A stretch of 64,000 nt of DNA, taken from the IMG/VR virus record IMGVR_UViG_3300027668_002455, positions 32,001 to 96,000 of that record, one strand, 5' to 3'. Below, piece by piece: positions 1 to 8,439 of the stretch (position 1 is the stretch's first letter; the number at the start of each line of letters is the position of its first letter). Position numbers and translations under genes: made by a program. Below the pieces are notes generated by a model. The model was not told the origin of the DNA, made no database searches, and saw nothing but the letters and a program-made list of their open reading frames with translations. This DNA is from a virus.

Positions 1-62
1 GTTAGGTGCCATAAGGTGTCTCCCCATCCGGTATCGCGAGTATAATGATAATAATTACTCAT
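1..62 (-). CDS. Partial ORF running off the window start (MSNYYHYTRDTGWGDTLWHL...)
   Basis: ATG at 62 directly after the stop of 63..287; frame stays open to the edge. Confidence 0.55.
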   Translation of the reverse strand, partial: MSNYYHYTRDTGWGDTLWHL

Positions 63-287
63 TTATTCCTCAGTTTCCATTCTTTTTCTGACTATTTTTT
101 CTGCATTTATTTGCCATGCGGAAAATTCTTCTTCGCTCATTGCCTCAAATTCTTCTTCTGTCAGGGCTTCACCTTCATAGAGCATCATTTCAACCTCAAA
201 GTCTGTAGGATATCTATGTGTATGTCGTTGATCGGGGGATATTTCACCCATCAAAACAACTCTGCGTTCATCTGGTTCATTGTTCAT
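63..287 (-). CDS. Hypothetical acidic protein
   Basis: Start revised to ATG 287, which forms an ATGA overlap with the upstream stop. Confidence 0.6.
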   Translation of the reverse strand: MNNEPDERRVVLMGEISPDQRHTHRYPTDFEVEMMLYEGEALTEEEFEAMSEEEFSAWQINAEKIVRKRMETEE

Positions 288-787
288 AATTTTAATAAGC
301 CCTTTAATTGCTCCCAAGTATCTTCTAGTTCGTGGTCTGTATTAATCATATACTTAGGATTACCAATTTCAAAATCTTCTACATGATACTGTCTCCTTAG
401 TTCTCTCTTACTATTTAAAAAAATTTCAATTATTTGGTCTTGGTTGTTATTTTTTAGTTCTTTTCGTAAGCTATCGTAAGGGTTTACTAGGCACACTATT
501 ACATCTGTTCCTTCTTTTACAGGGCGACCCTGAATACTGTTCCCTCCGTCTGTTTTACAGTAAATCGCAAACCACTCGTTTTGTGCTGATTTTTTATTTA
601 GATAGGTGGCCACAGCATTTGCGTTCCTAATGTTTTCCTCGCGGCCCTCTTTTCCATAATTCTTATTGGTAAACATTTCCCTGAACTCATCTCCGTCAAT
701 AATAAATGGAGTGTTCAAGTGTTCTGCCAGCAATTTACCCAAGGTGGTTTTGCCTGACGCTGGTTGTCCGTATAATACATAAATCAC
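284..787 (-). CDS. cysC: Adenylylsulfate (APS) kinase-like P-loop kinase
   Basis: GQPASGKTT Walker A, IDGDEFR and GREENIR motifs of CysC. Confidence 0.75.
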   Translation of the reverse strand: MIYVLYGQPASGKTTLGKLLAEHLNTPFIIDGDEFREMFTNKNYGKEGREENIRNANAVATYLNKKSAQNEWFAIYCKTDGGNSIQGRPVKEGTDVIVCLVNPYDSLRKELKNNNQDQIIEIFLNSKRELRRQYHVEDFEIGNPKYMINTDHELEDTWEQLKGLLKL

Positions 788-790
788 AGC

Positions 791-1033
791 TTATTGATCT
801 CCGAACTCGCTTTCTTGGTGGACCGTTGTTCTGGGTCGTATCGTTTTTTCCAACTCCCTGCACCTTTTCTTGCACGTCTCCCACTGCTTCTGTCCGTGCC
901 TACTTCTGTATTCCTCCCACCCATCCAAAAAAGACTGTGCTGACAATGGGGGTAACGTCCCCGTCACAAAAATCTTCCAACAGAGCCTTACCCTAGTCCA
1001 AAGACTCATTTTATTTTCATCAAATAAATTCAT
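791..1033 (-). CDS. Hypothetical protein
   Basis: ORF in a tightly packed minus-strand operon. Confidence 0.55.
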   Translation of the reverse strand: MNLFDENKMSLWTRVRLCWKIFVTGTLPPLSAQSFLDGWEEYRSRHGQKQWETCKKRCRELEKTIRPRTTVHQESEFGDQ

Positions 1034-1116
1034 TTTAGACCTATGAATTTAGACAATCCAATACCAACCAAAAGAGTTATCACTATTGATGCTACAAACC
1101 CTATAAATGCAATCAT
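1030..1116 (-). CDS. Small single-TM protein MIAFIGFVASIVITLLVGIGLSKFIGLK (28 aa, not in ORF track)
   Basis: ATGA overlaps at both ends; fully hydrophobic. Confidence 0.55.
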   Translation of the reverse strand: MIAFIGFVASIVITLLVGIGLSKFIGLK

Positions 1117-1586
1117 CGTTCTGGGTTTGCTGATTGCATACCTACCGCTCCAGATGGTATTCCACTGCCGCCTGTTGTGCCTCCGCCTGTTGTGCCTCCG
1201 CCGGTTGTGCCTCCGCCGGTTGTGCCTCCGCCGGTTGTGCCTCCGCCGGTTGTACCTCCGTTATTATTAGTCTGGATAAAACCGTGTCTACCCAACCTGA
1301 GATTAAGCCTGTATTCTCTATACGTTGTAATTTGTTGCCGTTGTTGGGGCATCAAGCGCAAATTAAGCCTAACCGATGTACCCCCCACTTGTACTTGGCT
1401 TCCTTGTGAGTATCCATTATTAATGGTGGTAGCTGTTAGCGTCGCCACGGAGCCTCCTTGTTGCTGCCCGCCTTGTTGCTGCCCGCCTGAATTTTGGATT
1501 TGATTCGACCCGTTGAAGGGGATCGTCTGAGCCATCGCGTTACCGACTAGGGCAAGGGTTGCAAGACTGATTATAAAGTTCTTCAT
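1113..1586 (-). CDS. Secreted Gly/Thr/Gln-rich low-complexity protein
   Basis: Signal peptide MKNFIISLATLALVGNAMA, GGQQQ and GGGTT repeats. Confidence 0.65.
   Translation of the reverse strand: MKNFIISLATLALVGNAMAQTIPFNGSNQIQNSGGQQQGGQQQGGSVATLTATTINNGYSQGSQVQVGGTSVRLNLRLMPQQRQQITTYREYRLNLRLGRHGFIQTNNNGGTTGGGTTGGGTTGGGTTGGGTTGGGTTGGSGIPSGAVGMQSANPER
1168..1257. repeat. 15-bp tandem repeat x6 (CCGCC[T/G]GTTGT[G/A]CCT) encoding Gly/Thr pentapeptide units on the minus strand
   Basis: Directly visible in the sequence. Confidence 0.95.
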
Positions 1587-2195
1587 TTATTCTCCTAGTG
1601 GACTTACCAGTCGTGCTGGCAATTCATTAATCTCTATTACGTTGCCGTTCTTGTCAGTTTTAAAGCGAAAAGCAGTTTTTTCTTCCCCTGTCGTACTAAA
1701 GACCCTTTCTTTGATAACTATTTCTTTAAATGGTTTTATTTTAATTAGTTTAATTATACCCTTTGTAGGAGTATCATCCCTTTTTGAGTAAACATGGATA
1801 GTAACAATGTTTTCTCCCTCTAATACTCCGCGAAATGAAACAATCTCCTCGTTGAAAGCGACGACTGATCCTTCTTGTCCTTCTTGTAGACTGTTATTTC
1901 GACGTTTGCCCAAGGCATCGTGGTCTAGACTGATCAAACTACCTTGACCTCCCTCCCTATTGTTGAAGCTTACAACATGACCGGAAGCGGATTGAACATA
2001 GATATCTAAATCGTCTTCGCTGTTACCGTCCCATGTTAATACCACTTCGTAGAGAACATTTGGGGGTCGTGCCTTAGTTTTTTTCTCTTCTGTTTTGAGC
2101 AAAAACAGGATAGCAACCAACATCAATAGACAACAAAAAAGTACATCAATGAATGGCCTAAACGAAAAGAATTTTTTATGCCCTCTGTTAATCAT
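1587..2195 (-). CDS. MotB/ExbD-like single-TM protein with a YfaP/DUF2135-like C-terminal domain
   Basis: TM helix PFIDVLFCCLLML with intramembrane Asp17; VLTWD...DDLDIYV...G...SLDHD motif. Confidence 0.6.
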   Translation of the reverse strand: MINRGHKKFFSFRPFIDVLFCCLLMLVAILFLLKTEEKKTKARPPNVLYEVVLTWDGNSEDDLDIYVQSASGHVVSFNNREGGQGSLISLDHDALGKRRNNSLQEGQEGSVVAFNEEIVSFRGVLEGENIVTIHVYSKRDDTPTKGIIKLIKIKPFKEIVIKERVFSTTGEEKTAFRFKTDKNGNVIEINELPARLVSPLGE

Positions 2196-2287
2196 TCTTC
2201 ATATTTTTCTATTTCCCAGTAGAGCGATACTACAACAGCTATACACCAAAGCATTAATGACTCGGTGTAATCACTGACCTTTTTCAT
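2192..2287 (-). CDS. Small membrane peptide MKKVSDYTESLMLWCIAVVVSLYWEIEKYEE (31 aa, not in ORF track)
   Basis: Fills the gap between the MotA-like and MotB-like genes; ATGA overlap with 2195. Confidence 0.5.
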   Translation of the reverse strand: MKKVSDYTESLMLWCIAVVVSLYWEIEKYEE

Positions 2288-2288
2288 T

Positions 2289-2759
2289 TTATTCCTCTAA
2301 TTTAAATCTTAGAATCATTAACTGCACCTGTAGCGGAAGACTAAAGATGATGCCGCAAATGGTAGTGTAAAAAGCCGTGTTTAGTCCTGTTTTTAGTCCT
2401 GACACTATGTCGGTAATCTCGCTCCCCTCATTTAGTGAAGTGGCAGTTGCCACGCAAAGGCCAAAAACTGTTCCCAGTAAACCAAGGGTGAAAAAATGCT
2501 CTGCCGCAAACCAGCCGACTTCAGCCCTCTTTGATAAATGTCTTCGGGCCTCTTTTTCTTTCCCCTTCTTCATTTTATCAGACAAAAAGCATAGCCTTCC
2601 GACAGTAGCGGAGACGGCCACATACAGTACCATAATAACAATGGTTAGGTGGCTAACGTCACTCTTAACCATTAATGAAATTGCACCCTTTGTTTCTGCA
2701 AAGAACACTCCGGTTAAAAAAACTGCGTTAACTAAAAACCATTTTATAAAAGTTGTCAT
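2289..2759 (-). CDS. MotA/TolQ/ExbB proton-channel family protein
   Basis: LGLLGTVFGL and GLNTAFYTTICG channel motifs; 4 hydrophobic segments. Confidence 0.85.
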   Translation of the reverse strand: MTTFIKWFLVNAVFLTGVFFAETKGAISLMVKSDVSHLTIVIMVLYVAVSATVGRLCFLSDKMKKGKEKEARRHLSKRAEVGWFAAEHFFTLGLLGTVFGLCVATATSLNEGSEITDIVSGLKTGLNTAFYTTICGIIFSLPLQVQLMILRFKLEE

Positions 2760-2765
2760 AATAAA

Positions 2766-2876
2766 TTATTTCTTTTTCCACTTGTCTATATGTCCCCTTG
2801 TTTTTCTATCACACCATGCTCTCAAGACAAGGGCACCGATAAGGTTGGCAACTACAATTATAATCGCTATTTTCAT
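2766..2876 (-). CDS. Small membrane protein MKIAIIIVVANLIGALVLRAWCDRK... (36 aa, not in ORF track)
   Basis: ATG start, TM segment and basic tail; fills the intergenic gap. Confidence 0.5.
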   Translation of the reverse strand: MKIAIIIVVANLIGALVLRAWCDRKTRGHIDKWKKK

Positions 2877-2885
2877 TTAATCACC

Positions 2886-3320
2886 TCATAAGTCGGGGGG
2901 CGGCAAAAAACCCTCATATCCATCAGCTGGATCATCTCCCCCCTCATCCTCTTCGTCTTCGTCACTATTATCTCCATGAAGAAAAGAAAAGTCAAAATAT
3001 TTTAAGGGATCTTCTAAGTCACCGGAGGGAAAAGTCACCTCAAAATCTTCTTCTTCGTCAAGAATCATTAAATTAATATCATTATTACCGCTAATTCTTG
3101 ATAGATAATCCATGAGGCAGCCATGACAGGCTGTTATTTCCACACTAATATCATCATCTTCAGAGGCCGCTTCTTCGGGGACATAAAAAAAACAAAGCTT
3201 TTTGGCAAAAAAAAGGACTTTGTAGTCAGCAGCACAGTAAGTTATGTTACACAGATCACATGAGATATCTTCTGGTTTTATTTCAAGAAACGCAGGTCTG
3301 ATAAGCTGAACTAAAAACAT
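2886..3320 (-). CDS. Hypothetical protein with CxxC...CxxC motifs and an acidic tail
   Basis: CDLC and CHGC; D/E-rich C-terminus. Confidence 0.55.
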   Translation of the reverse strand: MFLVQLIRPAFLEIKPEDISCDLCNITYCAADYKVLFFAKKLCFFYVPEEAASEDDDISVEITACHGCLMDYLSRISGNNDINLMILDEEEDFEVTFPSGDLEDPLKYFDFSFLHGDNSDEDEEDEGGDDPADGYEGFLPPPDL

Positions 3321-3634
3321 TATTCATTGGGCGATCCGTAGCTAAAAACCTTTATTTCATAAATAGATTCATTTTGAGTAACTTCTATGTACTTTTTGGC
3401 CTTTTCCTCAGAGGTAAAGATACCTTTTATTTCGCCCCCATCTTTCCATAGGACTAAGAACAGGTCACTGTGAAGGGTGCTTATCTCTCTAGATTTCTCG
3501 ATGCGAGGCTTCGCTTTTATGCCTGTGCCTCTGGGCGTCGTACTAGAGCTAACTGGAAAGATTGTAAATGCCACTAAGAGGGTGACAAAAAATCCCAAGA
3601 CGAAAAGTACAGGAGTGACCTTGAGTAGCTTCAC
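3320..3634 (-). CDS. Membrane-anchored hypothetical protein
   Basis: N-terminal hydrophobic helix. Confidence 0.55.
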   Translation of the reverse strand: MKLLKVTPVLFVLGFFVTLLVAFTIFPVSSSTTPRGTGIKAKPRIEKSREISTLHSDLFLVLWKDGGEIKGIFTSEEKAKKYIEVTQNESIYEIKVFSYGSPNE

Positions 3635-3640
3635 TTTAGA

Positions 3641-3814
3641 TTATTTGGTTTCAAACCTTTCAACTTTATTTAAGAAGTTGCGAGTAAATTTTCTTTTGTC
3701 CACTGTCTTTAGGGAGACTCTGTTCTGTCGCTTGGTTGAAGAGGCACAAACTTTTTCAATTTCAACTGAGCCATTTGAGTTTTCGACGATTGTTACTTGA
3801 TATTTTTTAGTCAT
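3641..3814 (-). CDS. Small basic hypothetical protein (57 aa, MTKKYQVTIV...)
   Basis: ATG directly downstream of a TTGACG-17-TATATA promoter. Confidence 0.55.
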   Translation of the reverse strand: MTKKYQVTIVENSNGSVEIEKVCASSTKRQNRVSLKTVDKRKFTRNFLNKVERFETK

Positions 3815-3819
3815 ATAAA

Positions 3820-3848
3820 TATATACAGTATCGACGCTAAGGCGTCAA
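3820..3848 (-). promoter_or_regulatory. Sigma70-type promoter TTGACG-N17-TATATA, 5 nt before the ATG
   Basis: Consensus match and spacing. Confidence 0.55.
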
Positions 3849-4156
3849 GGGGTTTTTATCAATCTAGCAATATCATGACGGCCCGCATTTATAAGAATAA
3901 ATTGAGTCATGCAAATGTTGCCGTCACAAGTTACGAAGTGATCTAGGGTTAAGTCTCTGATTTCTGTGGAGTCCATATCCCGAGCGGCTTCGTCATCTGG
4001 GGAGATTACAAACTTATCATGTCTACCGTTTAAAAAGTTCTCGATAGCCATAGTCATAGCCTCAATACACATATCACTCTTTTTCTCGAAGACTTTTCCC
4101 TCCACCTCTACGATGGTTGTCCAGTTTCCGCATCCGACTTCAAGTTTTATTGCCAT
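3845..4156 (-). CDS. Hypothetical protein
   Basis: ORF overlapping the bS21 stop region. Confidence 0.55.
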   Translation of the reverse strand: MAIKLEVGCGNWTTIVEVEGKVFEKKSDMCIEAMTMAIENFLNGRHDKFVISPDDEAARDMDSTEIRDLTLDHFVTCDGNICMTQFILINAGRHDIARLIKTP

Positions 4157-4350
4157 AATCTGTTTTCCCGAGCCTCGATCTTAGCTGTCAAGAGTGCTCG
4201 TTTCTTTTGTTTATACTTTTTGGTGCTTGGCTTTTCATAGAAGCGACGATCCCTCATCTCTCTTATCGTGCCTTCTCGCATCATTTTCTTTTTAAGTTTT
4301 TGAAGAGCTTTATCTACGCTCCCACCCTTTCCTACATAAACTTCACTCAT
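4147..4350 (-). CDS. rpsU: 30S ribosomal protein bS21
   Basis: VDKALQKLKKK...REMRDRRFYEKPS signature; 67 aa, basic. Confidence 0.92.
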   Translation of the reverse strand: MSEVYVGKGGSVDKALQKLKKKMMREGTIREMRDRRFYEKPSTKKYKQKKRALLTAKIEARENRLWQ

Positions 4351-4351
4351 A

Positions 4352-4552
4352 TTATTTATATTGTTTTACAAACCCTTCAGCTTCTGCATAAGTCATACAC
4401 TGACATACTTGCTGCAATAGGTCCTGTGCTTCTTTTTTTGTAAGGTAAACCGTTTTTTCTTTATCTTTACCAAAGATAATCCCAGTTTCTGTTTGTTCTT
4501 CGTGTTTTTTGTCGTGACCTATGACCACTCTTAGTTTAATTTTGTTTTTCAT
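4352..4552 (-). CDS. Hypothetical protein
   Basis: Start revised to ATG 4552 (MKNKIKL). Confidence 0.5.
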   Translation of the reverse strand: MKNKIKLRVVIGHDKKHEEQTETGIIFGKDKEKTVYLTKKEAQDLLQQVCQCMTYAEAEGFVKQYK

Positions 4553-4877
4553 TATGTAATTTTCTACGGCGAATACCAAAATGACTTCTCATATCTACAA
4601 CTTGGCGAGGGGTTTTATTTGGTAAGAACCTTTCGCTCATCTCTTTGTGGGTGTAATTTGACCCGTGCTCAAGCAGTAATGCTCTTTCATTCTCACTCCA
4701 GACAGGTTCTTTTTTGAGTCCCATGTCCATTTTTTTCTGATTAACCTGAATGGGGGTAAAGTTTGGGAAAAACTTTTGAGACAGTTCTCTCTGGTTGTAC
4801 TGAGAGTAGTTGTCCTTTAGTGTTTTCTCTTGTTTTTTTGACCAAATTCTTTCAAAGGGTTTTTTTTGTGTTGTCAT
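4536..4877 (-). CDS. Tandem Myb/SANT-like helix-turn-helix DNA-binding protein
   Basis: Two ~50-aa repeats of the form WS..E...L......(T/N)..E.S..F.PN.TP.QV......G. Confidence 0.6.
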   Translation of the reverse strand: MTTQKKPFERIWSKKQEKTLKDNYSQYNQRELSQKFFPNFTPIQVNQKKMDMGLKKEPVWSENERALLLEHGSNYTHKEMSERFLPNKTPRQVVDMRSHFGIRRRKLHNEKQN

Positions 4878-4878
4878 A

Positions 4879-5139
4879 TCAATTATTTTCTACTCTTTTA
4901 AGTTTAAACTTTTTCATTAATTCACTAACGCGTAAAATCTCAATGCCTACTTGGGTGTTTACTTCGTCGGTGTCTATTGTCACCATCCCTCCGTCATCAT
5001 CATTGTACACCATGACCGCTCCCACAGTCCCTTGCGGCGGCGCTACATAAATATACATAGAGTCAGAGCTTTCATCGTAGGTAATGCGATTTTCAAAGTC
5101 ATACTCAAGGTACTTGTCGTGGTGGGGTTTACTTTTCAT
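4879..5139 (-). CDS. DUF2283-like protein
   Basis: ITYDESSDSMYI...IDTD...VGIEIL pattern. Confidence 0.7.
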   Translation of the reverse strand: MKSKPHHDKYLEYDFENRITYDESSDSMYIYVAPPQGTVGAVMVYNDDDGGMVTIDTDEVNTQVGIEILRVSELMKKFKLKRVENN

Positions 5140-5368
5140 TAAGGTTAATCTTTTTATTAAATTTATTATAAATAAAGTCTCTAGCTCTTAAAACTTTATA
5201 GTATCTATTGTTATTTGTAATAGTGTGAAAAGCACACATTTTTTTATCATCGTCTATGTGGCAGCCACTTTTGAAAAAAGATGAAATTTTTTCTGCTTTT
5301 GGCAAATCCTTTTTATAAACGGCAAACAAAAAGTCTGTATAGTTCGAGCTTATTGATTTATTTTCCAT
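5129..5368 (-). CDS. Hypothetical protein
   Basis: ORF in operon. Confidence 0.45.
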   Translation of the reverse strand: MENKSISSNYTDFLFAVYKKDLPKAEKISSFFKSGCHIDDDKKMCAFHTITNNNRYYKVLRARDFIYNKFNKKINLNEK

Positions 5369-5375
5369 TATTTAA

Positions 5376-6032
5376 CTACTTTTTTAAAGTGAAAACCAAT
5401 AAGTCCATCCATGCAGAGAATGACTCATCGACGGGTTGAATAGACCTCCCGTTATGCCAGAGGTAGCTATCATCAATTATCAACATTGTCCCTGCATCAA
5501 GCGTGGCCTGTAAAAAGGGCGTTTCGGTTTTGTGTGTAGACAGGAGGGCCTCTCCCCCAATGATATTATTACGATCAACCCCTATCATGGCAACTCGGTC
5601 ATACCCGTCTTGATGCCACCCTTCGGGAGATAGTTGTGTTGCTCCCCCTTTACAGTTTACCCTTATTTGATGAATGTCAAATTCATATTTAACTGATTTG
5701 TCTAGGGGCGCAAGAAAAATTCCAATCATCTCTTTCATTACTGAAGAAGATAAAACAGAAGGGTCTATGTTAATAAATTTCCTAGATTTTCCTCCTTGGT
5801 GTTTGTTGTACTTTTCACTCTGCGAAAATTCTGAAATATCTAATGGGGTTATTTGAAGGTCATCAAGGGAGGGGAGCCAGTGTGACTCCCAAAAAGCTTC
5901 AACCTTGGAGTATTTTCTTAAACGATATCCGCCGTCGGCATGGTTCGTCGCGGGTAAATCATTAAATGATTTTTTTATTTCACTCAGCAGGTCTGGATCA
6001 ATTTTTGTTATTTGTAGTATCGTGTTTGTCAT
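5376..6032 (-). CDS. 2OG-Fe(II) dioxygenase (2OG-Fe_Oxy_2/BsmA-like)
   Basis: HQIRV...SPEGWHQDG, distal His (LWHN). Confidence 0.8.
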   Translation of the reverse strand: MTNTILQITKIDPDLLSEIKKSFNDLPATNHADGGYRLRKYSKVEAFWESHWLPSLDDLQITPLDISEFSQSEKYNKHQGGKSRKFINIDPSVLSSSVMKEMIGIFLAPLDKSVKYEFDIHQIRVNCKGGATQLSPEGWHQDGYDRVAMIGVDRNNIIGGEALLSTHKTETPFLQATLDAGTMLIIDDSYLWHNGRSIQPVDESFSAWMDLLVFTLKK

Positions 6033-7189
6033 ACATTCTTTCCAAAGACTTCGTTTGATTGCTGATTCACTCTAATAAAAGTAGCACACTTTGGCATATC
6101 TTTCAATCTTTTTGCTCCTATATAAGTACAGGTTGAACGGATGCCGCCAAGTATATTTTCTATCGTGTTTTTAATAAGTCCACGGTGCTTTATCCTTGTC
6201 GTCTTTCCTTCCGAGGATCGGTAGCTGGCAACCCCGCCGTGATACTTGTTCATAGCTGTGTCAGAGCTCATTCCATAAAATGTTTTATATTTCTCCCCAT
6301 CCACTATTTCTTCTTGTCCAGCAGATTCCGTATGTCCAGCCAGCATACCACCAAGCATAACAAAATCAGCACCAGCAGCAAAGGCTTTGGAAACGTCTCC
6401 AGCACATGTGCAGCCACCATCAGCCATAATATGCCCACCGACGCCATGAGCAGCGTCAGCACATTCGATGACGGCTGAAAGTTGTGGATAACCCACGCCA
6501 GTCTGAATCCTAGTAGTACAAACAGAACCACCTCCAACACCGACTTTGACAATATCTGCTCCACTTAATAATATCTCCTCTGTCATTTCGCCAGTGACAA
6601 CATTCCCCGCAATGATAATAAGCGCGGGGTGTTCGTCTCTGACTCGTTTAATAAAGTCGCAAAACCTTGATGTATAGCCATTAGCTGCATCAATACATAC
6701 GAACCTAGTGTGATAAAAGTTCCATGTAATATTATTAAGATAATCTATATCATCTGCCTTATTTGGGTCATACTTAATACCAATGGAGGGCGAGATATGG
6801 TCGTAAATTCTGCTCTGCCAATCATCTGCGCCTCGTTCGTACGACCAGTTCTTTGAGTTAGCTTTCCTGCTTTCTGGTGTCTTATAAACTCCGTAGCCGT
6901 CCAGTTTATGTAGCCATTTTTTTGCATCGGAGTGCTTACTAATACAAGTCAGCATATGGTATTGAGCAAGAGCCTTCGCTGTTTCAAACGTGCCAACCGT
7001 ATCCATATTTGCCGCGACGATGGGGATACCCTTCCAGCCATAAGCCTTAGGGTCTGAGCCTTCGCCGCCAGCGTTTTTGAAAGTAAACTCGCGCATTAAA
7101 TCAACATCATTACGAGATGTCAATTCTGAACGCTTGGGACGTAGAAGAACATCCTTGTAGTCTAGCTTTATTTCTGACTCAATTCGCAT
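6029..7189 (-). CDS. guaC: GMP reductase
   Basis: MRIE..KLD.KDVLLRPKRS start, ANMDTVGT, GSVCTTR, FYGMSS, SEGK; start revised to 7189. Confidence 0.95.
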   Translation of the reverse strand: MRIESEIKLDYKDVLLRPKRSELTSRNDVDLMREFTFKNAGGEGSDPKAYGWKGIPIVAANMDTVGTFETAKALAQYHMLTCISKHSDAKKWLHKLDGYGVYKTPESRKANSKNWSYERGADDWQSRIYDHISPSIGIKYDPNKADDIDYLNNITWNFYHTRFVCIDAANGYTSRFCDFIKRVRDEHPALIIIAGNVVTGEMTEEILLSGADIVKVGVGGGSVCTTRIQTGVGYPQLSAVIECADAAHGVGGHIMADGGCTCAGDVSKAFAAGADFVMLGGMLAGHTESAGQEEIVDGEKYKTFYGMSSDTAMNKYHGGVASYRSSEGKTTRIKHRGLIKNTIENILGGIRSTCTYIGAKRLKDMPKCATFIRVNQQSNEVFGKNV

Positions 7190-7463
7190 ATTTTTCGTGC
7201 ATCCCTGCGTGTATTTCGGCATGACAATTTCTGCATACCAAGATAGTGTTGTCTGCTTCTTTCTTTAAATTTTTAAGACTTAAATCTCTTCTTGATGATA
7301 TAGTGAAGTTTTTTTTATTAACGTGGTGAAAATCTAGTGCCCAGTTACATGCTGCGTAACCACAGATACAGCACTTTCCCCCTTTGTATTCTACAAGAGC
7401 AGCTTTTTTCTCTCTTTGTCGAGCAACTGTACCTTGGGATTTTATTCTGGATTCGATTGACAT
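7179..7463 (-). CDS. HNH endonuclease
   Basis: CCICG...LDFHH...LVCRNCHAEIH. Confidence 0.85.
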   Translation of the reverse strand: MSIESRIKSQGTVARQREKKAALVEYKGGKCCICGYAACNWALDFHHVNKKNFTISSRRDLSLKNLKKEADNTILVCRNCHAEIHAGMHEKYAN

Positions 7464-7477
7464 GAGTTTTGTCTAAA

Positions 7478-7506
7478 ATAGTAGTGTTATTATCTCTAGT
7501 TGTCAA
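7478..7506 (-). promoter_or_regulatory. Sigma70-type promoter TTGACA-N17-TACTAT
   Basis: Consensus match upstream of HNH/guaC. Confidence 0.65.
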
Positions 7507-7756
7507 GCCAGCTTAGATACCCATAGATATTCATGACTGTAATAATTAATGACATTACCATTGTAGAGTATGCTTTCTTGTGGTAGGAGTATAATCCCAC
7601 ACCCAAGTTCCCAGCTATCCACACCAGCCACGAAGATAGAAGGTGGTTAGCATTTAAATAATAGCCAAAAACCACAAGAAATGCCCCAAGCCACCCTATT
7701 AGTTCAAAGGCGTTGACTTTCGTAGCTCTCTCTGAAGAGATTTTTTTCAAGTTCAT
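7496..7756 (-). CDS. Small 3-TM membrane protein (PnuC-like half repeat)
   Basis: IGWLGA...WLVWIAGN...MNIYGYLSW. Confidence 0.55.
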   Translation of the reverse strand: MNLKKISSERATKVNAFELIGWLGAFLVVFGYYLNANHLLSSWLVWIAGNLGVGLYSYHKKAYSTMVMSLIITVMNIYGYLSWLDN

Positions 7757-8279
7757 AACAGGATTTTAAGATGTCTTCTTCTATGCCTAATTTAATTCTT
7801 ATATAATAGGGGGTGGAAGTGAGATGATGTCTGAAATCAACCTTAGATAGATCACTTGGGCATTTAGAGCCAGCCATAACAGCATTATAAAAAACGAGTC
7901 TTTCGTCTTCACCAAACTTGTAGCCTTCTGGGTAAAGATACTTGGCGCAAAACATAAATAAGTTTCGCCTCCACCGAGCCATCCTCTTAGTGCTTCCCAT
8001 GGTGTAGCCAATTACAAATGCCTCATCTTTTACGCCCAAGCCTCGACCCAGTGTCGCGTGAATACAGTCGTGAGTAAATAAATCAACCGCGCCCCCAAAA
8101 AGTGTCGCCGTTTTGTAACTTGGGTTTTCAACCAACTTTATGATAAGTGGAACATCGCTTTGATTGAGCGAGAAGGGGGACATTTCCTCAAGGATAGAAT
8201 CTAGAGTATAATTTGACCCTTCACGCACAGAGGGGGCTTCCCAAAGCTCTGCTGGTTCTATTTCTTTATAGGCCTTCAA
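7704..8279 (-). CDS. Coq4-like HDxxH metal-binding protein
   Basis: HDCIH(x)10-11E motif. Confidence 0.5.
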   Translation of the reverse strand: MKAYKEIEPAELWEAPSVREGSNYTLDSILEEMSPFSLNQSDVPLIIKLVENPSYKTATLFGGAVDLFTHDCIHATLGRGLGVKDEAFVIGYTMGSTKRMARWRRNLFMFCAKYLYPEGYKFGEDERLVFYNAVMAGSKCPSDLSKVDFRHHLTSTPYYIRIKLGIEEDILKSCYELEKNLFRESYESQRL

Positions 8280-8439
8280 TTATACATTTAATGGTTTTTA
8301 AGTGGAGCATCTTTTCATACTCCTCCTCTGATTCATATCTCTGTGCATTGAAACAGGACTCTCTGATTGATTTCTCGACAACCTCTAGCAGTTTGTCTTT
8401 GTGCTCTCGTAGTACCTGTAGCTTTTCAAGATCAGTCAT
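8266..8439 (-). CDS. Small hypothetical protein (57 aa, MTDLEKLQV...)
   Basis: Fills a gap in the operon and overlaps its neighbours. Confidence 0.5.
   Translation of the reverse strand: MTDLEKLQVLREHKDKLLEVVEKSIRESCFNAQRYESEEEYEKMLHLKTIKCIIEGL

Noticed and set aside
1168-1257. Repeat array as a CRISPR
   Set aside because: The units are contiguous 15-mers with no spacers, in frame within a CDS.
1043-1503. Plus-strand ORFs with PPPVV, CLRRL or CASAG repeats
   Set aside because: They are shadow frames of the 15-bp repeat. The minus-strand ORF has a signal peptide and fits the operon.
1587-2759. Zorya defence system
   Set aside because: The A subunit lacks the long ZorA tail, the B subunit lacks an OmpA-like domain, and no ZorC/D/E is nearby.
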